Origin: an uncultured Candidatus Saccharibacteria bacterium
GTDB taxonomy: Bacteria; Patescibacteriota; Minisyncoccia; Minisyncoccales; JANBVM01
Assembly: GCA_964566875.1 (NCBI GenBank)
Contig: CAZMJM010000002.1
Span: forward strand, 5,324 to 46,279
DNA: 40,956 bases
Direction: 5' to 3'
A model generated the notes under the pieces. That model was not told where the DNA came from. It saw nothing but the letters and a program-made list of their open reading frames with translations, and did not search any database. Shown here piece by piece: positions 33,191 through 40,956 of the stretch. A program made the translations under genes and the position numbers. Every line of letters begins with the position of its first letter. Within the stretch, counting starts at the first letter, position 1.

Positions 33191-33799
33191 TTACCAGCTT
33201 ATTACAAATTCGTGGTGGCTGTCTCCCCTGTGAATGCATTTTTCTTCCCGGCATGAGGCTTCACTGCCCACCACCATCCTTACCACGCTGGCAAAGTAAC
33301 CTTCCAGGCTGATACAGTGGTCGGGATGGGCTACAAAATCTTCCAGCACCATGATTCCCCGCCTGGTCTCATTATTGATTTCCCTGACCTCAAGGTTGCC
33401 TACGGTATAATTTTTCTTCCACATTTTGGAAACCTGTTTGGCGGCCACTTCAATGGAAATAAAATACTGCATGAATACGCGTACCAGAAGAGAAGTCTTC
33501 GACTCGAATGCCCCCATCTCCCTTATCTTCTCGTCATCAAAATCAAATATCTTTCGGGCAGCAACAATGGTGGCGGTTTCCATACCTAAGGGGTAAAAAT
33601 CCATTTCCCTGATGCCCCTGTAGTCTATAGGGTGGCCCGCTTTCTTCATTGCCTCCTCCAATTCACTCAATCCCGCCTCGTTCTTTTCCTTAAGAACGAA
33701 TCTGCCGTGGCTTTTAATGGCAACTCCCCTGCTCTCTCCGGAAATTTTCATTATCTCTCCGATTTCTTTTGCCAGCTCGTTGAATTTGCTTTGTTCCAT
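33191..33799 (-). CDS. H-NOX/V4R-fold (DUF2378-like) paralogue P4
   Basis: GESRGVAIKS, AGHPIDYRGIREMDFYP, FMQYF, HPDHC..LEGYFASV, CREEKCIHRGDSHHEFVISW. Confidence 0.6.
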   Translation of the reverse strand: MEQSKFNELAKEIGEIMKISGESRGVAIKSHGRFVLKEKNEAGLSELEEAMKKAGHPIDYRGIREMDFYPLGMETATIVAARKIFDFDDEKIREMGAFESKTSLLVRVFMQYFISIEVAAKQVSKMWKKNYTVGNLEVREINNETRRGIMVLEDFVAHPDHCISLEGYFASVVRMVVGSEASCREEKCIHRGDSHHEFVISW

Positions 33800-33803
33800 A
33801 AAA

Positions 33804-34403
33804 TCAAATTTTTTTGGCCTTGATCAGGCAAAGAAAACTGTTTAAATATTCGGATGACTCTATATTTAATTTATGTTTTTTTATGATTATTGGCAACCCT
33901 CCCTCATCCAGGTAATCCTTAAAAGATTCGTAGTTTTTCCTGCCCGCCAGATACTCAACCGTCCGCAATAAAAAGGATGGAAGGTCTTTCGGTAGAGGAG
34001 ATATAAAATCAACGAAAATCAACACCCCGTTCTTATTAACCACTCTTTTCATTTCGCCCGCCGCCGCACTTCTCTCTTCCCTTTCCATTTCATGGAGCCC
34101 CAGGGAAACTGAAACGACATCAAAAAAATTGTCGGCAAATGGCAGACAGACGGCATTCGCCTTTTTAAAAGAGGCATTTTCCAGCCTCTCCCTGGCCTTT
34201 CTGCTTTTCGCTTCGGCGATCATGCCCGGTCTCTTGTCTACCCCCACGGCTTCGGCCCCTGTTCTCGCGTAGTAAAAAACCTGATCGCCCGTCCCGGAGC
34301 AGACATCCAGCACCCTCTTGCCTGGCCCTGCTCCGGAGACCTCAGCTACCCTCTTCCGGGCATCAGACAGCAGCGGGTCTATAATAACAGAGTACTTGCT
34401 CAT
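33804..34403 (-). CDS. Class I SAM-dependent methyltransferase (UbiE/Methyltransf_11-like)
   Basis: VLDVCSGTGD motif I and FDVVSVSLGLH motif. Confidence 0.8.
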   Translation of the reverse strand: MSKYSVIIDPLLSDARKRVAEVSGAGPGKRVLDVCSGTGDQVFYYARTGAEAVGVDKRPGMIAEAKSRKARERLENASFKKANAVCLPFADNFFDVVSVSLGLHEMEREERSAAAGEMKRVVNKNGVLIFVDFISPLPKDLPSFLLRTVEYLAGRKNYESFKDYLDEGGLPIIIKKHKLNIESSEYLNSFLCLIKAKKI

Positions 34404-35017
34404 GCCTTTCCATCGATTACTATCAGGGCGTGAAAATCCTGATAGAGCCTGTAGTCTTTCGGCATGCTGGACTCAAACAGGTTCTGCAGTGCAGAATAGG
34501 AAAGCTCTTTCGCCAGTCCAAGTTTTTCTATCAGCCTTTTCGTATAGGCATCTGTCACAAAGACCGGTTTGTCCAGAGCGTAGAGTATGATGCTGTCGGC
34601 CGTTTCCCTTCCCAAGCCTTTGACGGCCGTCAGCTCTTTTTTCAAGAAGCGAAGATTCTTTTTTTTAAGGTTTTTTAAGCCGCCGCAGGCTTTGTTGATG
34701 AAACTTGCAGTTTTTTTCAAGTAGTCTGTCTTCTGGTTGTAAAACCCGGATGGTTTTATCAGGCCTCGCAGCCTTCTCTTGTCAATCTTCACTATTCCCT
34801 CTAGAGAACAAAAACCCTCTCTTTTCAAATTGCTTACGGCGTATTCCACGTTCTTCCAGTTCGTGTTCTGAGTCAGTACCGCCCCTACCACAACCTCTTC
34901 CCTCTCCCTGAGGGTTTTGGGCCTTTTACACCACATCTTCCACTGTCCTTCGGGTTTTCCGTATTCTCTCCTAAGCCTTTTGTATAGTCGGACTATATTA
35001 TTGTCAGCCATTATCAT
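34400..35017 (-). CDS. HhH-GPD superfamily DNA glycosylase (endonuclease III-like, no Fe-S cluster motif seen)
   Basis: VLTQNTNW, HhH LKGLGRETADSIILYAL, catalytic-Asp context VFVTDAYTKR. Confidence 0.72.
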   Translation of the reverse strand: MIMADNNIVRLYKRLRREYGKPEGQWKMWCKRPKTLREREEVVVGAVLTQNTNWKNVEYAVSNLKREGFCSLEGIVKIDKRRLRGLIKPSGFYNQKTDYLKKTASFINKACGGLKNLKKKNLRFLKKELTAVKGLGRETADSIILYALDKPVFVTDAYTKRLIEKLGLAKELSYSALQNLFESSMPKDYRLYQDFHALIVIDGKA

Positions 35018-35256
35018 TCCCTCTGTCTTCTCAGCAGCGTATAGGTCCCTTCTCCCTTGTTATAAATCAGGGTCCAATCGCGGTCCTGGTCATCTTCAAA
35101 TTCCGCCGTTCCCCTGAGATGGGCGGCATCGAACATGGTCTTGGCTTCTCCGTACTGCAAATCATCCCTGAGATACCTGATTCCTTCCCTGGCTCCGTCA
35201 TCAAAAATTACCCAGAAACCGTGAATCCTTTGCTTGTTGACGCTTTTATTGTTCAT
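35014..35256 (-). CDS. Hypothetical protein (80 aa)
   Basis: ORF with a 4-nt overlap to the downstream gene. No recognisable family. Confidence 0.45.
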   Translation of the reverse strand: MNNKSVNKQRIHGFWVIFDDGAREGIRYLRDDLQYGEAKTMFDAAHLRGTAEFEDDQDRDWTLIYNKGEGTYTLLRRQRE

Positions 35257-35328
35257 ATTTTTTTGTCTTAATATTATGTTTATTAATCAACCACATAATG
35301 ACAGAGGACGGGCCTCTGCAACTTTGGG

Positions 35329-35949
35329 TTAGGTGATGAATTTTTGTGTTCTTTCGATGTGCTTTATTATTACCAGAGCCAGACCTCCTGAGATTATTAT
35401 AAGTACCGAGGGATTGAATACTTCGAGATAAACGATGGACAGCCCAATGCCCACCATCCTTCCGGCTACCTGGGAAGTCATTGTCGGAAGCAGCGATTCT
35501 GATTCTTTACTTAAAGTCCTCCATCTTCCTGTCAGCCGGTCCATCAGTAGGATGGACAAGATTATTATTATCAGGGATGTGCCCAGCTCCCTCCAGTTGA
35601 GGATTAACAAGGCGCCTCCCAGGGTGGCCAGTCCCCGACCGCCGCGGAATCCAAGAAAAACGGGCCAGTTATGGCCGGCTACGACGAAAAAAACAGCTAG
35701 GGCTAAAGCTGCTTGAGAACCGGAGGTCATTTTTTGCGTCATTATAACGGCGAGCGCCCCTTTTCCCATATCCCCTATTAAAGCTAAGAGAGCCGCCTCT
35801 ATCCTTCCGGTAGCCCGGTATACGTTAGCCGTCCCTATGTTGCCCGTACCCATCTTCCGGAGGTCCTTCTTATAAAGAGAGGCGATAAACATACTGAAAG
35901 GTATAGACCCTAGAAGGTAGCTGATTGCGGTGACTATGGCAAGCGGCAT
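35329..35949 (-). CDS. plsY: Glycerol-3-phosphate acyltransferase PlsY
   Basis: YLLGSIPFS, GTGNIGTANV, HNWPVFLGFRGGRG motifs. Confidence 0.9.
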   Translation of the reverse strand: MPLAIVTAISYLLGSIPFSMFIASLYKKDLRKMGTGNIGTANVYRATGRIEAALLALIGDMGKGALAVIMTQKMTSGSQAALALAVFFVVAGHNWPVFLGFRGGRGLATLGGALLILNWRELGTSLIIIILSILLMDRLTGRWRTLSKESESLLPTMTSQVAGRMVGIGLSIVYLEVFNPSVLIIISGGLALVIIKHIERTQKFIT

Positions 35950-35956
35950 GATTGAT

Positions 35957-36112
35957 TTATTTTCCTAATTCCTTGGCTTTCTTCCTGGTCTCTATCTTCT
36001 TTAATCGCAGCATCTGTTCTCTGGCCTGATTGGCGCTTCTGTAGGTATGCTTCTTGCTCCATTTCCCTTTTTTCTTCTCAAAAAGGGTTTTTCTGAATCT
36101 TTTATAAGGCAT
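35957..36112 (-). CDS. Small basic protein MPYKRFRKTLFEKKKGKWSKKHTYRSANQAREQMLRLKKIETRKKAKELGK (51 aa, below the ORF-track cutoff)
   Basis: ATG at 36112, TAA at 35957-35959. Lys/Arg-rich. Its stop is 7 nt before the plsY start. Could be S21-like or another RNA-binding protein, not established. Confidence 0.4.
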   Translation of the reverse strand: MPYKRFRKTLFEKKKGKWSKKHTYRSANQAREQMLRLKKIETRKKAKELGK

Positions 36113-36207
36113 GTTTATTTGTTTGATAATTTATAACCCTAAAATGCTAGGAATACCAATTATAGTAATAATGCGAATTATTTTCAAGGAGAGAAGGAAA
36201 ATTTCCC

Positions 36208-36765
36208 TTATTGGCGCAGATAGGTTCCTATCAAGTCTGTCCAATCCAAGACGTGACCTTTCATCGCCGCCTCTACGTCGCTCTTTCTGGATGAGGGGTC
36301 TAAATCCAAATCCGTATCAAGAGCGTAAAGCTTGAAATGATAGTGATGGGTTCCCGAAGGCGGGCAGGGACCGATGTACTTTCTGCTGTTGGAGCTGTTG
36401 GTGCCCTGCACCGCACCCGCGGGCAGAGAATTTTCTGCAATGGTTTCAGTCCGCGGATCAATGTTCCAGACTACCCAGTGATCCCATACGCCCATCGGAG
36501 CATCGGGGTCATCTACCAGCAGAACCAATGCTTCGGCGCCTTCCGTCACCTGACTGATTGCCAAAGGAGGGTTAATATTTTCACCGTCGCAGGTAAACCT
36601 TTGCGGGATAGGCCCGTTGTTGGTGAAGACCGGGCTTGAGAGTTCCATGGTCTTTTTATCAGGTAGTTCTAAACGCGATGTTTGCCTCGACCTTTGTGAA
36701 AAGTAGCAAAGTAATAATAGGGCTGCCGCCAAAACAATCAGGAATAATTTAACGTAAACGCTCAT
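36208..36765 (-). CDS. YbhB/YbcL-family PEBP (Raf kinase inhibitor-like) protein with signal anchor
   Basis: FTCDGENINPPL, DDPDAP, WDHWVVWNI, GPCPPSGTHHYHFKLYALD. Confidence 0.85.
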   Translation of the reverse strand: MSVYVKLFLIVLAAALLLLCYFSQRSRQTSRLELPDKKTMELSSPVFTNNGPIPQRFTCDGENINPPLAISQVTEGAEALVLLVDDPDAPMGVWDHWVVWNIDPRTETIAENSLPAGAVQGTNSSNSRKYIGPCPPSGTHHYHFKLYALDTDLDLDPSSRKSDVEAAMKGHVLDWTDLIGTYLRQ

Positions 36766-37460
36766 TTCCGTTTTAACAGCCGCCCCTCCGTATCGATTTC
36801 CCCATCAATTATCCTGGTGGAAGAAATGGGTCGCCCGTCATCGGCCGCCACCCAGTCAATCCTGACGATTTCTAAAGGTTTCCTGCCTGTCTCCTTTCTT
36901 TTATCGTTTATCAATTCCGCCGTCGCCAGAGTTTCGGGAGAAACTACCATATAATCGAAATCTTCTTTTAAGGTAGGACCGAATTTATCGTCTATTTTTA
37001 TTATTCTTGCCCGTTTTCTCCACTCCTTTAAAATTTTTTCTAAAAAACCCCTACGCTCCGCAAAGGGAGAAACCCGCCTCTTTTTCAGGCTGGAGGCGAA
37101 AGAATCGGAGGTAAGGCCAATAGTAACCTCTCCCAGACTCAAAGCCTTCCTTAGAAGGGCCCTGTGGCCCTTATGCAGCGGGCTGAAAGTACCTCCCAGG
37201 ACCACTCCAGGTTTTTTACCGTACAGCCTGGGCCACCAGTAATTTCCCTGCCACAGCCCAAAAGCGATTCCTAAAACGAGTAGGGCAACGGTGAAAACGA
37301 GGTGTATCGTATACCACTGGTGCCAGGAAAATCCCAGGCCGTAAACCGCAAAATTACCAATCAGCAGCCCTGTGTACCAGATCTCCAGGGCGGCGTGCAG
37401 CAGGAACTGCATCAGAATGCCCAGAACGACGAAAGAAATGATATAAATTATCTTTTTCAT
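36762..37460 (-). CDS. Archaeal-type phosphopantetheine adenylyltransferase-like cytidylyltransferase with an N-terminal TM domain
   Basis: About 85 hydrophobic N-terminal residues, then GGTFSPLHKGHRALL (GxFxxxHxGH), IGLTSD, VVSPET, ISSTRI. Confidence 0.72.
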   Translation of the reverse strand: MKKIIYIISFVVLGILMQFLLHAALEIWYTGLLIGNFAVYGLGFSWHQWYTIHLVFTVALLVLGIAFGLWQGNYWWPRLYGKKPGVVLGGTFSPLHKGHRALLRKALSLGEVTIGLTSDSFASSLKKRRVSPFAERRGFLEKILKEWRKRARIIKIDDKFGPTLKEDFDYMVVSPETLATAELINDKRKETGRKPLEIVRIDWVAADDGRPISSTRIIDGEIDTEGRLLKRK

Positions 37461-37467
37461 TTTTTGT

Positions 37468-37848
37468 TTATTTTTTCTTTTCCACCCTCACGTTCACCTT
37501 CCGCAGATTCGTAAGAAATTCCAAACTTTCCGCCTCGTTTATTTTTCCCACTACGGTCACCGGACTGGCCGGCTTCGGTTCCTCACCCTTACTGGCCGGA
37601 GTCTGGCCGAAAAAAATGCACAGAGCATTGCCCGGGGGCCAGTAAGCCAGGTCTCCCACCGACAGTTTCAATGTCGGCTTTTCGTTGGGCTCGGCCATAT
37701 TTATGCTGAAGTAGATTTCATTCCCCCAGAAATTAGCTTCGGCCTCAATAGGCAGGATATTATAGATGTTTTTGGCGGTTTTTGTACCATTGAGAGAAGC
37801 CTCCATCTTTTTGCCGCCGACCGTGATGATTATCTTCTTCATCTTCAT
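37468..37848 (-). CDS. Cyclophilin-like fold protein (PF04126-like)
   Basis: NGTKTAKNIYNILP...WGNEIYF...VGDLAYWPPGNALCIFFG pattern. The ATG at 37848 overlaps the P5 stop as ATGA. The ORF-track start 37854 is GTG. Confidence 0.7.
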   Translation of the reverse strand: MKMKKIIITVGGKKMEASLNGTKTAKNIYNILPIEAEANFWGNEIYFSINMAEPNEKPTLKLSVGDLAYWPPGNALCIFFGQTPASKGEEPKPASPVTVVGKINEAESLEFLTNLRKVNVRVEKKK

Positions 37849-38447
37849 TCCCACTCAAATAAGAATTCGTCGTAAGGTTCCCCTTTGAGAGAGCACTTCA
37901 CTTCCCGGCACTTCCCCCTGGCTCCCACCACCATTTTGGCTACTCCTCTGAAAAATCCCCTAACTACCTGGCAGAGCAGCGGAGTAGTGTGAAATTCGGT
38001 AAGTCTGAGGGAGATATACTTTTTCTCTTCGTCGTAATCGGTCAGTTCGATTTCCCCGACGGTAAAGTATTTTCTCCAGACCTTCGGGGTTACCTCGGCC
38101 ATCCTCTTGATGGAGACGAAGTTTTTCATGAACAACTTGATAATCAAGGACATTCTGGAATTAAAATCTCCGATTTCGCAAAACTTATCATCCTGGTAGT
38201 TGAAAATTCTTTTGATGGCTAATAAAAGGATACAGTAGAAATTCAGGGGGTAAAACCCCATCACTTTCACGCCTTTGTATTTAAAAGGATATCCCAGCTT
38301 CTCCATTTCCTCTTCTATTCTTTCCAGGGAACCCTCCCCCTGTTCTTTGAGGATAAATCGGGAGTGGTTTTTCATGCTTACTCCCCTTATTTCTCCAGGA
38401 ATCTTTTTAAGCTCCTGTAATTCCTCTTGTGATATTAAAGGCGGCAT
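37845..38447 (-). CDS. H-NOX/V4R-fold (DUF2378-like) paralogue P5
   Basis: GEIRGVSMKN, LGYPFKYKGVKVMGFYP, FMKNF, TPLLC..VRGFF, CREVKCSLKGEPYDEFLFEW. Confidence 0.6.
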   Translation of the reverse strand: MPPLISQEELQELKKIPGEIRGVSMKNHSRFILKEQGEGSLERIEEEMEKLGYPFKYKGVKVMGFYPLNFYCILLLAIKRIFNYQDDKFCEIGDFNSRMSLIIKLFMKNFVSIKRMAEVTPKVWRKYFTVGEIELTDYDEEKKYISLRLTEFHTTPLLCQVVRGFFRGVAKMVVGARGKCREVKCSLKGEPYDEFLFEWE

Positions 38448-38468
38448 AATATTTATTTTGTTGCTTTA

Positions 38469-39725
38469 TTATTGGAATAACTGTTCAAGGCAGTCCGACT
38501 CAGAAAACAGGCCCAGGAATTCCCCCACCCGGCACAATTCTTCTTTTCCTTCAACCCCCTTATCAACGGTATCGTCGCAGAGGGTTTTCCATTCCTCATC
38601 CTCTATCTGTTTGCAGACGGAGGGGTCTCCTTCCTCTGAAGCCACAATAAGATAACATCCTTCCCTTCCCTCTTCAATATAACTGCATATGTCTGGGTCT
38701 CCCTCCAGACCGGCGAAGAGGAGATAACACCCTATGGCAGATTTTTTGGTGGGCGCCTGTTGGCAGAGCGTCGGGTTTCCGTTTAGCTGGGCAAAAGAAC
38801 CATAACAGGCAGCCAGCATAATGGTGGAGGCTCCCTCCGAAGGGATGAGAGAGAATTGGCTGCACAGCTCAGAACTACCGACTGCCGCAGCCACTCCTCC
38901 GTAACAGCTGCTTATACCGGCAATGTCTCCTGAAGCCTGGCACAAATCCACATTGGCGAAACTTCTGCCCATTTCCTTATAACATTTTACCAGGCTGAAA
39001 ACGTCGGAATGTTCAATAAATTGGCAGGCCGTCAAATGGGATTGTTCATCGGCGGTAAACCGAGACTGGGCGGTTTCCTGAGACTCTTCCGTAGAAGAGG
39101 CCTCTGTGCTTCCGGGAGATTCTCCTTCAATAATTTCCTCCTGTAACTGCGGCTCCGCAACCCGAGAGCTCAATCTCAGTTGTTGCTCTTTTATGTTATC
39201 CTGTTGGTTTTCCGATATTAATGGCATCAGTTCAGCCACCTTTTGGGCTGAAGTATCTATCGTTTCCTGTACGATTTCTTCATTTTTTCCCTGGTCCTGT
39301 CCTCCTCCCCGCCAATTGTCCAGAATAAAGTTTTCGTAGTCTAAAATCCTTTCCGCAACGGATTCTGCCCTTAAATTCCTATCTTCTTCGTAAGGCAGCA
39401 TTTCTACCTGCCTGATGCAGATGGAGGTATAACTCTGATAATTTTTAAAAGCTTTCTCCGCCATTTTCGTTTTCCCTTCGGCTATCATCTTATCCATTTC
39501 GGCCAATTTCTCCTCGGCATATTGCATGCTCTTCTCAATCTTCTTCTCACGCTTGAAGGCGAAGAAAAGAACTATTTTTTCCCCCAACACATCCAGAGGG
39601 TAATATATGCTGTCCGGAGTAATGCCCGGGGCCGGCAATTCGAAAGCAGCCCCTGCTGCAAACGAAATACTTAAAAGAAAAACGACGCAAAGTAAAATTT
39701 TAATTTCTGGATTCCTTTTATTCAT
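38469..39725 (-). CDS. Secreted protein: DUF5667-like N-terminal domain plus C-terminal Cys-pair repeats
   Basis: Signal peptide. PGITPDSIYYPLDVLGEKI is DUF5667-like. Five to six repeats of CY-x7-9-(G)(D/N)P-x2-C in the C-terminal half. Confidence 0.7.
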   Translation of the reverse strand: MNKRNPEIKILLCVVFLLSISFAAGAAFELPAPGITPDSIYYPLDVLGEKIVLFFAFKREKKIEKSMQYAEEKLAEMDKMIAEGKTKMAEKAFKNYQSYTSICIRQVEMLPYEEDRNLRAESVAERILDYENFILDNWRGGGQDQGKNEEIVQETIDTSAQKVAELMPLISENQQDNIKEQQLRLSSRVAEPQLQEEIIEGESPGSTEASSTEESQETAQSRFTADEQSHLTACQFIEHSDVFSLVKCYKEMGRSFANVDLCQASGDIAGISSCYGGVAAAVGSSELCSQFSLIPSEGASTIMLAACYGSFAQLNGNPTLCQQAPTKKSAIGCYLLFAGLEGDPDICSYIEEGREGCYLIVASEEGDPSVCKQIEDEEWKTLCDDTVDKGVEGKEELCRVGEFLGLFSESDCLEQLFQ

Positions 39726-39728
39726 ATT

Positions 39729-40946
39729 CTAAGGAAACACGCGGAACCACTGTCTTTTCCCTACCTTCAGGACTACCCCGTCCCTAACCAGTTTTACCTT
39801 TTCTTTCGGCTCCTCCACTGTTTTACCGTTGACTTTGATGGCTCCCTGCTGGAACAGCCTCCTTATCTGGCTGTTACTTTTCTCCTTGGAAGAAAAGCAC
39901 TTTCTTACCAGGTTGAAAGCTGCGGCTTCCTTCTTGCCGAATTGAATTTTAGGTATCTCCTTGGGAGTTTTTCCTTCACTGAAAGTGTTCTGGAACCATT
40001 TTTTCTCTTCTGCGGCGGTTTTCTGTCCATGGTACCTTGCCACTATCGCCGCAGCTAATCTGAGTTTGGCTTCCATGGGATGGGCTGGCATATCTTTTTC
40101 TATTTTCTCAATTTCTTTTAAGGGAAGCTCCGTGTAAATCTTGAAATAATCTATGATTAGATTGTCGGGAATGCTCATTACCCGGCCGAATTTTTCTCTG
40201 GCAGAGTGCTTCAATCCTATGTAATTCCCCAGGCTCTTGCTCTGTTTTTCTCTTCCATCTATACCGGGGGTAATCTTGGTGGTCAGTACTACCTGGGGCG
40301 GCTGCCCGAATTTCTCCTGGAAAAATCTCCCCATCATTTCGTTGTATAGTTGGTCAGAGCCCACGATGGTCAGGTCTGACTTCAACATAACAGAATCGTA
40401 ACCCTGTAAGATTGGATAGACCAGCTCGTGTTCATATATCTCCCGTTGTTCTTTCACCCTCTTCTGGAACATGTCACGCGTGAGGAGCCTGTTGTGGGTT
40501 ACCAGAGACATGAGGGAAAGAAGCTGTTCTGCCGACATCTTGTCGTACCATTCGGAATTCCTCCTGACCTCCACAAGTTTCGGGTCGTCCCTCAAAACCA
40601 TCATGGCCTGCCTTATGAACTCTTCGGAATTTTTCTTTATTTCCTTCTCCGGGATTATCGGCCTGGTTTCGCTTTTTCCGGTAGGGTCCCCTATCTTGGT
40701 GGTAAAATCACCCACCAGAAAAACCATCTTGTGCCCCAGATCCTGGAGCTTTCTGTACATCCAGAAATTCACCGCATGCCCGATGTGAAGATTGGCCGCC
40801 GTTACGTCCATTCCGAATTTCATGCGCAACTGCCTGCCGGAAAGGAGCATTTTCTTAAATTCGCCCAGGGAGAAAACCTCATCGGTGGTCCGTGAAAAAT
40901 ACTTTAAAAGTTCCTCTACTGACTTTTTATCGCTCTTAATTTTCAT
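39729..40946 (-). CDS. tyrS: Tyrosine--tRNA ligase
   Basis: HIGH (LHIGHAV), KMSKS-like KQSKSLGN, C-terminal S4 domain (SNSQIRRLFQQGAIKVNGK). Confidence 0.9.
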   Translation of the reverse strand: MKIKSDKKSVEELLKYFSRTTDEVFSLGEFKKMLLSGRQLRMKFGMDVTAANLHIGHAVNFWMYRKLQDLGHKMVFLVGDFTTKIGDPTGKSETRPIIPEKEIKKNSEEFIRQAMMVLRDDPKLVEVRRNSEWYDKMSAEQLLSLMSLVTHNRLLTRDMFQKRVKEQREIYEHELVYPILQGYDSVMLKSDLTIVGSDQLYNEMMGRFFQEKFGQPPQVVLTTKITPGIDGREKQSKSLGNYIGLKHSAREKFGRVMSIPDNLIIDYFKIYTELPLKEIEKIEKDMPAHPMEAKLRLAAAIVARYHGQKTAAEEKKWFQNTFSEGKTPKEIPKIQFGKKEAAAFNLVRKCFSSKEKSNSQIRRLFQQGAIKVNGKTVEEPKEKVKLVRDGVVLKVGKRQWFRVFP

Positions 40947-40956
40947 AATGATGTTC

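Noticed and set aside
32352-33254. Long N-terminal extensions in the ORF track (32492 for DUF167, 33254 for idi; likewise 26842, 20192, 19791, 24523, 4967, 37854)
   Set aside because: The extensions overlap upstream genes, start at GTG in several cases, or translate repeats. Family homology begins at internal ATGs that give typical ATGA/TAATG coupling or short spacers.
1-40956. Mobile elements, prophage, integrons, rRNA operons
   Set aside because: No transposase, integrase, recombinase, terminal inverted repeats, phage structural genes or rRNA-like sequence were recognised on either strand.

Overview
This is a compact, gene-dense bacterial window with no rRNA, CRISPR array, transposase or integrase. 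Gene content is clearly bacterial: dnaX, dnaB, recR, rplU, rmuC, mraZ-rsmH-ftsL-ftsI, rlmN, plsY, cysS and tyrS. From about 9.8 kb to the right edge every gene is on the minus strand, with tiny or overlapping spacers. Many genes lack a Shine-Dalgarno sequence and sit very close to -10-like elements. This style fits an uncultivated small-genome (CPR/Patescibacteria-like) bacterium, but that is inference only. One tRNA is present, tRNA-Glu(CUC). Four observations stand out. (1) An unlisted 29-codon ORF upstream of cysteine synthase has six Cys codons in eight consecutive codons, followed by an antiterminator/terminator pair. It is a candidate ribosome-mediated cysteine attenuator. (2) A full-length archaeal TFB / eukaryotic TFIIB homologue (zinc ribbon plus two cyclin-fold repeats) sits between cysK and cysS. 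It has a bacterial-style SD and an intrinsic terminator. (3) Five diverged paralogues of an approximately 200-aa protein look like the H-NOX/V4R/DUF2378 ligand-binding fold. Three are in tandem next to a Cas4/RecB-like nuclease, and two more are embedded in housekeeping operons. (4) A non-coding-rich stretch at 25.7-27.0 kb holds two zinc-ribbon miniproteins, a 33-aa hydrophobic peptide with its own promoter and terminator, a 36-bp palindrome and a 9-bp tandem repeat. Lesser observations are DnaA-box-identical repeats around the mraZ promoter, a degenerate Mur-ligase relic after ftsI, a membrane-anchored Clp ATPase with a degenerate first AAA+ module, an ATP-cone/PD-(D/E)xK nuclease pair, and a membrane-tethered archaeal-type PPAT. 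All family assignments come from reading motifs by eye. No database search was run.
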